DNA of 64,000 nucleotides, from assembly GCA_963924565.1 (NCBI GenBank), contig OZ004611.1, forward strand, positions 26,474,001-26,538,000, in the 5' to 3' direction. Position numbers and translations under genes: made by a program. The notes beneath the pieces were generated by a model. The model was not told where the DNA came from. It saw only the letters and a program-made list of their open reading frames with translations, and did no database searches. Positions 23,391 through 33,636 of the stretch are shown here, one piece after another (position 1 is the stretch's first letter; every line of letters starts with the position of its first letter). Source of the DNA: Ascidiella aspersa. Taxonomy: Eukaryota.

Positions 23391-25486
23391 AAAATATAAC
23401 GCAACTTATAGTTAGATTTAAAAAGGTCTGCTTCTCATAGCGTATTGCATATTTTTACCAACAATTTTGAAGAAAAATACGTCGGTTCCAGGATCCAGCA
23501 CGTGACCAAGGCCTTCCACCAACAAACTGTATTTCTTGCCTATTTAAACTATAAAATGAAAACATTTTTCGCGCTCCTCGCTAATCGAAATTAAGTTTCT
23601 AGAAGGTCGTGTAATCGTTTATAAAATTGTTTTAGCCCAAATACGTCTTGCGTCTTATCGCACTCTCTAAAATAAAAGTTTTGGCAACGATATACAAGCG
23701 TTATTAAAGTATGTTTGCCCTTAAACGTTTGAATTGAACGTAACACCTCTCGTTCCCAAACCTGAAACTAAATAAATAAACAACTGTGTTGTGTACTTAA
23801 GGTTGCTTCTTTATGACGCGCCACAAACAAAAATCCTGGATCCGCGCCTGCTACGAGAAGCTATGTATAAAAAAACGAATGCAAAATATTACATTTATTA
23901 GAACATGACTTTCGCAAAATATTTTGCAGAAACAGTTTTGCAGCTATGTATTTTTTATAAAATTGTTTTTTTCTAAACTACGTTCTATAATGGATAATGG
24001 TACTTGATTCTCTAAATACGTTATTTCTGTTCCTACTATGTATAAGCGAAATACCAATTTTACGTCAAACACTTTCCCTGATTAACGTATGCGTTTGGTC
24101 AGCATTAAATTCATAAAATGAAATGATTTTAATTAGTCAGAAATCTGTAATTACTTATTAAAAAGCATTAAAAAGTATTGTTTTACGTTATAGCCAATTA
24201 AAACAAATTTTCTTCCAAAAAAACCCGAGGATAGTCACGTGATATGGTTTTGACTTGGGGCGCAAGTAATCAGGGAAAGCGGGAAAACTTTGTCGAACCA
24301 AATGTGGAGAAAAAGGACCACGTGCCATTAGCAATGCGGTTAGTCTAATCAGTATAGCTGAAAGTTATTGGAGTAAGGTTGTGCTTTATTACACGTAGGT
24401 TAGATAGGATTACATTGAGCGGTGGTAATAGGTCTGTATTTGTGTAAAATCGTTTATGTAAATCTCGTATAGCTTTATAGATAGATTTTATAGGAATTTA
24501 CGGGGTGAGGTTAAATTGGTAACATAACTTCATATAAATTTCGCAGAGTGATTTTTGCCAGATGAACTATGCTCATATTTCGAAAGTTCAACACTTGTTT
24601 AGGATTGTTTCTTTGCGGGGCGATGTTCTTTTGACCGTGCCAATGTTTCAGGTGAGAATAAAAAAAAAATAAAAAATGTTTCAGGTGATAATCTATTCGC
24701 GAAATGACATAATTAGATGGGTTTCGGGCATTTTTTAATTTGCAAAGGAAAAGCTTGCCGGTGTACTGATGCTTGGTTAACGTCGTTTGTCTTTTGCCCT
24801 TTATTTGGGCAATAGTTTGTTGATCCTAGTTATAATTCAAAGGTCTTATTTAGTAAACTATTCGCTGCGTGCGCTGCAAATATATTTCCTTTATCTTTTG
24901 TCTGTTTTCTAAGCCAAACCTTTCTTAGTTTGCTTTGCGTTTTGTGTGTGATCGTAAAAGTCGACCGGGAATTGGTATTACTCAATACTATAGTGTTTTC
25001 ACCTTACTTCATTGTTAGTTTTGTTATGTATCTTAACGCAGGTTGTAAGGCTTCGAGTTTCCGTCATTAAACATAACGTTACTTAATTAATTAATTCTTG
25101 ACTTACTATATGCAAATATTGCAGCTGGATTAATTTTGTCATATTTAAACTGATTGCGCCATTTTTTTTGACATTTTACCATACGGCCTTAAAACAATTT
25201 AAAGGCCCTTGGATTCCCGTAAGATGAATTTGCATATGTGGAAAGGGGTTTAAATCGACGATAACCGATTCATACCCCATCGCGATATTCTTTAAACGTC
25301 TGTAGCTTGCGCCATGTTCACTCCCCGGGGTTGCGTGGTGGAGCAGCTAAACAATGCGATGAAGGTCAGTGTCGAGGGATAAGAGGTGGAGTTCTTCGGG
25401 TTGGACCCCCCCCCCCAAATGGCAATAGTTCCGTTAACCTTTATATTTCATTTTCCCGAGTCTTCTCTGTGTTTATTTTTTTACAG

Positions 25487-27003
25487 ATTAAGAACAGAGT
25501 CACCAGGAGTTTGGCTGAAGAGGAGAGAGTTATCCCGAAAGCTGTGATGCGAATGTTTAGTAACTTCCTTAATCTTCCCGCAACGAAGGTTAGAATATAT
25601 TCATTTATATGTGGTGTTACATTACTTTCATGCTATTTTAAACGTTTTGTGTTTGAAAACGATGTTTATATTATAAACTTAACGTATCCCTATTTCAGGT
25701 GTGTCCGTAAGCGATAGATTGGTGTGCACACGACAAAAAGGTAATGATTTGCCTGTTTTTTGTGAAATAAATACTTTGCATATCTTTTTTTTCGATGTTG
25801 TGATAAGTTTTATATTTGCATATAATTTCGAAGGCACTGAGGAAGCAGCCCTGCTTCGTCGATGTTGGAATTCGGTTTTCCTGGAAATGAGGTATGTCTG
25901 CAGATAAACTTATTAATTCAACTTTATGTTATGTTAAACATATGTTTCTTAAGAAAGGAAGGGAAGAACCGAAGAACCCCCTTATAATTGATGCAATGCC
26001 TGGCAGCAACAGTATATTCCAAGGAAGGGAAGTAGAATACTGTGGCGTCGATCAGTAGGGGTTACGAAGGAAAGAGCTCAAGCCTGCAGTAAGTGCTGTT
26101 TATTTTTTGTCAATGCTTAGTTGTATAAGACCCTACGACGGAATTTTCTTGCACAGAACCGTTGGAGCACATACACCGGCTCCATTGAATAGCGGACTCG
26201 GGAGAGTGGTACCCACGCCTGCGGTTAGTGTTATAAGGGAATTTACTTGGAGCACGGGTGATGTTTCAATCGACTACTGGCCTCATAAGGAAGACATCAA
26301 GCCTATGGTAAGTACTGTTGCAAAACTTTATTACTTGGTACTTAGTTGGATTGAATCATTTAAGGGAATTTACTTGGAAAGGAAGGAAGAAAATCGGCTC
26401 TATATACCAGCGGACTTTATAAGGAGAACCTCAAGCATGCGGTAACATGCTACGACAAATAACTTTCATTCGACAAATAACTTTCATTCAATAGCAAGCA
26501 AGATTAGATCTAATGACGGAATTTACTTGTAGAGGACCGTTGTAGCACGACGCACGTACATCTGACCCATCGACCAGTTGGCTCAGGGAAGAGATTCCCA
26601 GACATGCTGTGAGTGTTTTTTAGCAAATAATTTAACCTAGTCAATTGCTAGTTTGGTTAGATCTTATGTTAGAGCACTGATGACGGCTTTATCGACCAGC
26701 TGGTTATAAAAGAAGACTTCCAAGCCTGCAGTAGATGCTGTTGTAAAACTTTTGTCATTATTAATTGAGGTTTAATCATCTAACAAAATTTACTTGCAGA
26801 GGAGGGAAGGGAGGTTAAAGATCGTGATATAAGGCGGCTTCATCGATCAGCGGGCTCAAAACGGAGGATCTCAAGCCTTCGGTAAGTGCTGTAACAAAAA
26901 ATTCCACCCTGTCGATGTCTTTGTTTTATTAATCTAAATGTTTCTTGCAGTCGAAGAAACGAATTTATGGTGGAACTCGAATTAAGAACAACAAGATAAT
27001 AAA
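25487..27003 (+). pseudogene. Compact spliced gene built from tandemly duplicated micro-exon/intron units; degenerate or non-coding
   Basis: Candidate exons 25487-25588, 25699-25740, 25834-25891, then 7 related units with donors at 26089, 26224, 26308, 26442, 26609, 26731, 26882; terminal exon from 26951 with AATAAA at 26998; several units carry stops, frameshifts or broken splice sites. Confidence 0.6.
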
Positions 27004-27294
27004 ATTAAATCGTCAATGACCGCAATTGAATCGTTTAATTTTGATCATTTGTTGGTGCTAGTTTTATTTTTTCAAATTGATTTTTTGAGGTTTTTTTATC
27101 ACTCCCACAATTTTTATCACCCCCTTAACTTAACCCCATTTCTCTCGATCCCGAATATTAATATTCATATTTCTATCGTAACAATTTATGGCTTCGTTTT
27201 GGTGTTATTTTTCCACTCTTTCAGTTCCCGAGTTTAAACGTTAAACGTTTGCATGAAAAAAAAAATTGTCGCATGCTTCTTTTAATCATCAGAT

Positions 27295-27545
27295 TTGTTC
27301 CCACTACTATCCTTACATCAAAATGTTGGCCTGAGGTCAGCTCCACCGATGTCAATCCTCACACAAAATCAGTTCATGGACGAACTGCCATCGTTCCATG
27401 TGACCGAGTGTTACTCCGCCAAGTCAGGGCAGTCGGTTGGGATTTTTCCTAAAATATTCGTGTTGCGAATTTTTGGTCGCTTGATCAAAAAACTGAGGCG
27501 TTATTGCTCCAAAACAAGTGTTCGTAACATCTGTTTTAACGCGGA
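27295..27545 (+). ncRNA. Candidate structured RNA module (outlier of the array)
   Basis: GTTGGCC/GGTCAGC (27325/27335), CAGTTC/GAACTG (27370/27382), ACCGATGTC/GGCAGTCGGT (27345/27428), TTTTTGGTC/GATCAAAAA (27470/27483), GCGTTA/TAACGC. Confidence 0.45.
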
Positions 27546-28329
27546 TCATTAAAAAAGTTGTATTTTTTTATTCGCTACGTTTTAAAACCTATTGAAGTTC
27601 CCGAATGACCCTGATGACAGAGACTTAATAAATAAACCTGCGTTCCAAAAACAAATGTGTCACTATTATGGGGTCTAAATACATTCTTGGAGAAGGCGAT
27701 GAAGCTTTTCTATAAAACATTTATTTTTCGTAATAAGTTTTTAAGGTGTACATGAACCCCCTTAAGCTAGTTCACGTACGCGTATGAAAATTAATATTTG
27801 CACCTCTTCATTTTGATTGTACATTCGTGCTGTTGTCGTTAAATAAATTTGCTTTGTTTGATCTGGTATCCATTGTATAAAGCTGAGAATATTAAAGAGT
27901 TAACATACAGTTATTAAAAGTAATGACAGAATAAAGTTTTTGCAGTTAATTCGAAATCGTCTTATGTTATAGGCTTGTACCTTAATTTATTGCATGTTTA
28001 AAGCAACGTACAGTTTTATCGTTATAGCTAACAAAACAGGCTCAAAACTTTATATATATTTATTAATAATGAAAATTAATGGAAAAATAACACTTGAAGT
28101 GACGGTTTGTCGCATTATTTTTAAATTTTGACTAAATTAGCCATATTTTTTATTATTTGGCCTATTAAGGCTAATTTTAAACGAATTCATCAATGTTTAG
28201 CTGCATAAGCATACGTAAGTCAGGAAAATATTAGGTCATTTATCGCTGAAAAAGTGTTACATACGGCACTCTGCATATACAGAGCGTTTAGTTTGAAACC
28301 GATTTTTTTTAAGGGCATTTAAAAAGGTT

Positions 28330-28335
28330 TTATCA
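28330..28335 (+). promoter_or_regulatory. TTATCA at -30 to -25 of the Pol III gene (TATA-position element)
   Basis: Same hexamer at the same distance upstream of copy 1 (28330) and copy 2 (29548), although the flanks are otherwise dissimilar. Confidence 0.45.
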
Positions 28336-28359
28336 AAGTAACTTGGACCTTGTTTGTCA

Positions 28360-28823
28360 GCTCCTTGTTGTGGCGTAGCGGAAACGCACTCTGGTTAGAA
28401 ACCGCTATGCCCGAGTTCGAACCCGGTTAAAGGTAAAATCTTTCCCCGGTAGCCGATAGAATTCTATGGGTTCGAACATGATAAAGTAACCTTAATTTCT
28501 CAATCTCTGTTAATGATAAAACTAACCATAAATAACCTCACAATGAACAAGGAGGCGCCGAATCCTGTCCCAGCCTGTGGCGGGATTCGGTTAGCCCGAT
28601 AAAATTTCTTGTATGTCACGTTAAACCCCCAATGCACACAGGTCAGAACACTGGTTAGGTAGCCGCAAGGTTTCCTAGGTCAGCTTAGTCAGGCAAGAAG
28701 TCGCTGCTTCGGGCTGGCAACAGTGTTCGAAAAACTTAGGCCCTCAGAGGGCGTGGCTCAGAGCCACACAATAGGGAACCAGCCCGAAGCAGCGCACGAG
28801 GAGTATAGGCAGCGACTTTTTTT
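28360..28823 (+). ncRNA. Unidentified ~460-nt Pol III (type 2 promoter) structured RNA gene, copy 1
   Basis: A box TGGCGTAGCGG 28371-28381, B box GAGTTCGAACC 28413-28423, T7 terminator 28817-28823, no internal T4 run, several 9-16-bp helices. Confidence 0.75.
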
Positions 28824-29577
28824 GCATAATATTTGAAAAAAAATGTTTATGTTTCTTTGGTAATTTTTCTTTTATTCATTGAAACCCCATATGCCTGATG
28901 TCATTTTTCAGCCCGATTTCTGGTACTTCGTCTATTTTGTGGTGAGATAGTGATTTATTTTCGCCTGATCGGTTAGGTTGGGTGTTACAGTGTGTTTTTA
29001 CAAGATTGGGCTCTACAGTAGCGTTACAGTCAAGATCGAAGGTTTTACTACTCGTCGATCGGTGAGAGAGATTGACTTCTACACTTACGGGCGAAGAAGT
29101 TACATTCAAGTCAGCAATTGTCAAGGTAATAATTACGGATTATTGGAAAGTTAACTTACGTTAATGTTAAGCTTATTAAGTCGAATTTACAATGAACTTC
29201 GAAGGTCGGTGAGAGAGATTGACTTTTACACTTAAGGGCGATGAAGTTCCATTCAAGTCAGCTATTGTCAATGTTCATTTCGGATTATTGGAAAGTTAAC
29301 TTACGTTAATATTAAGCTTATTAAGTTGAATTTACAATGAACTTCGAATGTATCGAAAGGTTAGGTTAATTTAACTTGTTCAACTCAAGATTTTATTTAT
29401 GATTGCTAATATTGTCATTTGAAGGTAATCGAACCGTTGACCAACGGAACATCAGGCCAGATAACTTACCACTGGACCATATTACGAGCTGCCAGAGTGA
29501 GATGAGAGTTGCCTTAGAAACAATTGTTTTCTATCGTAAAACATTTGTTATCAGGGATCTTTGCAGCAAAATTTTCA

Positions 29578-30041
29578 GCTCCTTGTTGTGGCGTAGCGGA
29601 AACGCACTCTGGTTAGAAACCGCTACGCCCGAGTTCGAACCCGGTTAAAGGTAAAATCTTTCCCCGGTAGCCGATAGATTTCTATGGGTTCGAACATGAT
29701 AAAGTAACCTTAATTTCTCAATCTCTGTTAATGATAGAATTAACCATAAATAACCTCACAATGAACAAGGAGTCGCCGAATCCTGTCCCAGCCTGTGGCG
29801 GGATTCGGTTAGCCCGGTAAAGTTTCTTGTATGTCACGTTAAAGCCCCAATGCACACAGGTCAGAACACTGGTTAGGTAGCCGCAAGGTTTCCTAGGTCA
29901 GCTTAGTCAGGCAAGAAGTCGCTGCTTCGGGCTGGCAACAGTGTTCGAAAAACTTAGGCCCTCAGAGGGCGTGGCTCAGAGCCACACAATAGGGAACCAG
30001 CCCGAAGCAGCGCACGAGGAGTATAGGCAGCGACTTTTTTT
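29578..30041 (+). ncRNA. Unidentified Pol III structured RNA gene, copy 2
   Basis: Same A/B boxes and T7 run; same length as copy 1. Confidence 0.75.
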
Positions 30042-30793
30042 GCATAATATTTGAAAAAAAATGTTTATGTTTCTTTGGTAATTTTTCTTTTATTCATTGA
30101 AACCCCATATGCCTGATGTCATTTTCAGCCCGATTTCTGGTACTTCGTCTATTTTGTGGTGAGATAGCGATTTATTTTCGCCTGATCGGTTAGGTTGGGT
30201 GTTACAGTGTGTTTTTACAAGATTGGGCTCTACAGTAGCGTTACAGTTAAGATCGAAGGTTTTACTACTCGTCGATCAGTGAGAGAGATTGACTTTTACA
30301 CTTACGGGCGAAGAAGTTACATTCAAGTCAGCTATTGTCAAGGTTAATTACGGATTATTGGAAAGTTAACTTACGTTAATGTTAAGCTTATTAAGTCGAA
30401 TTTACAATGAACTTCGAAGGTCGGTGAGAGAGATTGACTTTTGCACTTAAGGGCGATGAAGTTACATTCAAGTCAGCTATTGTCAATGTTCATTTCGGAT
30501 TATTGGAAAGTTAACTTACGTTAATGTTAAGCTTATTAAGTTGAATTTACAATGAAGTTCGAATGTATCGAAAGGTTAGGTTAATTTAACTTGTTCAACT
30601 CAAGATTTTATTTATGATTGCTAATATTGTCATTTGAAGGTAATCGAACCGTTGACCAACGGAACATCAGGCCAGATAACTTACCACTGGACCATAGTAC
30701 GAGCTGCAAGGCGGGGGTTGAGAGTTGCCTTAGAAACAATTGTTTTCTATCGTAAAACATTTGTTATCAGGGATCTTTGCAGGAAAATTTTCA

Positions 30794-31378
30794 GCTCCTT
30801 GTTGTGGCGTAGCGGAAACGCACTCTGGTTAGAAACCGCTACGCCCGAGTTCGAACCCGGTTAAAGGTAAAATCTTTCCCTGGTAGCCGATAGAATTATA
30901 TGGGTTCGAACCTGATAAAGTAACCTTAATTTCTCAATCTCTGTTAATGATAAAACTAACCATAAATAACCTCACAATGAACAAGGAGGCGCCGAATCCT
31001 GTCCCAGCCTGTGGCGGGATTCGGTTAGCCCGATAAAAATTCTTGTATGTCACGTTAAAGCCCCAATGCACACAGGTCAGAACACTGGTTAGGTAGCCGC
31101 AAGGTTTCCTAGGTCAGCTTAGTCAGGCAAGAAGTCGCTGCTTCGGGCTGGCAACAGTGTTCGAAAAACTTAGGCCCTCAGAGGGCGTGGCTCAGAGCCA
31201 CACAATAGGGAACCAGCCCGAAGCAGCGCACGAGGAGTTTTAGTCAGGCAAGAAGTCGCTGCTTCGGGCTGGCAACAGTGTTCGAAAAACTTAGGCCCTC
31301 AGAGGGCGTGGCTCAGAGCCACACAATAGGGAACCAGCCCGAAGCAGCGCACGAGGAGTATAGGCAGCGACTTTTTTT
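30794..31378 (+). ncRNA. Unidentified Pol III structured RNA gene, copy 3 (121-bp internal duplication)
   Basis: 31119-31239 is repeated from 31240; the junction creates TTTT at 31238-31241. Confidence 0.7.
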
Positions 31379-31989
31379 GCATAATATTTGAAAAAAAATG
31401 TTTATGTTTCTTTGGTAATTTTTCTTTTATTCATTGAAACCCCATATGCCTGATGTCATTTTTCAGCCCGATTTCTGGTACTTCGTCTATTTTGTTTGTG
31501 GTGAGATAGTGATTTATTTTCGCCTGATCGGTTAGGTTGGGTGTTACAGTGTGTTTTTACAAGATTGGGCTCTACAGTAGCGTTACAGTTAAGATCGAAG
31601 GTTTTACTACTCGTCGATCGCTGAGAGAGATTGACTTTTACACTTACGGGCGAAGAAGTTAGATTCAAGTCAGCTATTGTCAAGGTTCATTTCGGACTAT
31701 TGGAAAGTTAACTTACGTTAATGTTAAGCTTATTAAGTTGAATTTACAATGAACTTCGAATGTATCGAAAGGTTAGGTTAATTTAACTTGTTCAACTCAA
31801 GGTTTTATTTAGGATTGCTAATATTGTCACTCGAAGGTAATCGAACCGTTGACCAACGGAACATCAGGCCAGATAACTTACCACTGGACCATATTACGAG
31901 ATGCAAGACTGAGATGAGAGTTGCCTTAGAAACAATTGTTTTCTATCGTAAAACATTTGTTATCAGGGATCTTTGCAGGAAAATTTTCA

Positions 31990-32453
31990 GCTCCTTTGTT
32001 GTGGCGTAGCGGAAACGCACTCTGGTTAGAAACCGCTACGCCCGAGTTCGAACCCGGTTAAAGGTAAAATCTTTCCCTGGTAGCCGATAGAATTATATGG
32101 GTTCGAACCTGATAAAGTAACCTTAATTTCTCAATCTCTGTTAATGATAAAACTAACCATAAATAACCTCACAATGAACAAGGAGTCGCCGAATCCTGTC
32201 CCAGCCTGTGGCGGGATTCGGTTAGCCCGATAAAAATACTTGTATGTCACGTTAAACCCCCAATGCACACAGGTCAGAACACTGATTAGGTAGCCGCAAG
32301 GTTTCCTAGGTCAGCTTAGTCAGGCAAGAAGTCGCTGCTTCGGGCTGGCAACAGTGTTCGAAAAACTTAGGCCCTCAGAGGGCGTGGCTCAGAGCCACAC
32401 AATAGGGACCAGCCCGAAGCAGCGCACGAGGAGTATAGGCAGCTACTTTTTTT
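31990..32453 (+). ncRNA. Unidentified Pol III structured RNA gene, copy 4
   Basis: Same boxes and terminator; one insertion, one deletion, and GCAGCGAC changed to GCAGCTAC near the 3' end. Confidence 0.72.
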
Positions 32454-33230
32454 GCATAATGTTTAAAAAAAATTTTACGCTTCTTGCTTTATTTTTCTTT
32501 TATTAACTGAAAACCCTACTGCCCGATGTTTGTATTTTTCAGACGGTTTTAGGTTTGTTTTTTTTTATTTTGTGGTGAGATAGCAATTTATTTTCGTCTG
32601 AAGGGTTAGGCGTTACAGTGTGTTGCCACAAGAATAGGGGTTCCATATTAACTTACAGTTATGATCGAAGGTTTTACACTTGTCGATCGGTGAGAGAGAT
32701 TAAGTTTTACAGTTTGGGGCGATGAAGCTACGTTCAAGCCAGCTAGTGCCAATTAAGGTTATTATATATCGGATTACTGGAAAGTTAGGGTTCGTTAATG
32801 TGAAGATAATAGAGATGAATTTACAGCGAACTTAGAAGGTTTAATACGTATCTTACGATACTCTGGAAGTTATATTTAGAATGGATTATTAGTTATATTT
32901 AGAATGGAATGGCAATTGAAGGTAATCGAACCATAGACCAATGGAACATCAAGCCAGATAACTTACCACTCGGCCATATTACAAGATGCGATAGGGAAAG
33001 GAGAGTTGCATTAGAAAGAGTTGGCAATCGTTTAAGCAACAATCAATGATGGAACACTTGCGCACTGATACTGCGTACGATAAGAGCAGAACATGTCTAT
33101 AAAATCATTTGACTACAACAATTCTTGACGATTATTAATTCAAACGTTCGACATCCGGAATATTTACACATCTTAGAACATCTATCGCAGCTGGAAAAAA
33201 AGTTGACCCCTTTTCATATATTTTCTTTTA

Positions 33231-33636
33231 TTGATTAAAATGCGTTGGCGTTTTTTATTGTGTGTTCTCGTTTATTTATTTGTATTTTTGGTTAGAAGGT
33301 TTGTGATGCAGTTATACGTTGGTCCGTTTATATCCGGAGAACATTCAGGTTGGGTTTTTAGCATCGCAGTTAAGACCTTACTAATAGAATCTTTAGGGCG
33401 GGGCAACTTGGCTAATAGCTAAGGTGGATTAAATTACAGATGAGCTACTTACTTTTAAGGTCACATGATAATTCCTTGAGCTTCAAAGGTTTAATACGCC
33501 TCGAACGGTTAAGTTCACAAGTGCTACTGTAACTACATTTAGGGTACAATATGTCGGCAGTTGGTAGTTTAAGAACCGTAGACCAATGGAACATCAGAAT
33601 GAACAACCTTCCATTAGACCACATCACAAGATGGTA
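33231..33636 (+). pseudogene. Decayed coding remnant, homologous to the tandem-array spacer
   Basis: RTVDQWNIRMNNLPLDHITRW* (about 33572-33636) aligns with RTIDQWNIKPDNLPLGHITRC (about 32928) and RTVDQRNIRPDNLPLDHITSC (about 29430), mostly through synonymous changes; upstream frame is broken by stops. Confidence 0.5.

Larger units (their letters stand above)
28357..33015 (+). repeat. Tandem array, ~1.2-kb unit, 4 copies (last spacer diverged)
   Basis: Near-identical units start at about 28360, 29578, 30794 and 31990; spacers 1 and 2 carry an internal duplication of roughly 150 bp absent from spacer 3. Confidence 0.97.

Noticed and set aside
25954-26890. CRISPR-like repeat-spacer array
   Set aside because: The repeats are degenerate exon/intron units with GT-AG signals in eukaryotic DNA, and no cas genes are present.
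28360-28436. Functional tRNA gene at the head of each array unit
   Set aside because: A/B boxes and a D-arm are present, but the acceptor, anticodon and T stems are mismatched, stronger alternative 10-bp helices exist, and the first terminator is ~390 nt further on.
28480-28545. Telomerase RNA template in the Pol III RNA (CTAACCATAA, TAACCTCA)
   Set aside because: Not a perfect permutation of (CCCTAA)n, the flanking bases vary between copies, and no U-A-U pseudoknot or H/ACA end is evident.
28646-28728. SRP S-domain mimic (GCAA-capped arm plus GTCAGG)
   Set aside because: The helix-8 partner AGCAG and its GNRA loop are missing, and there is no Alu domain.
28770-28816. HDV-like ribozyme on the minus strand (TACTCCTCGTG resembles L3)
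   Set aside because: No upstream P1 partner and no proper P3/P1.1/J4-2 arrangement.
29403-32009. Repeated ORFs running from spacer into the RNA gene
   Set aside because: Starts and frames differ between copies, and the 3' parts are translations of the A/B-box region.
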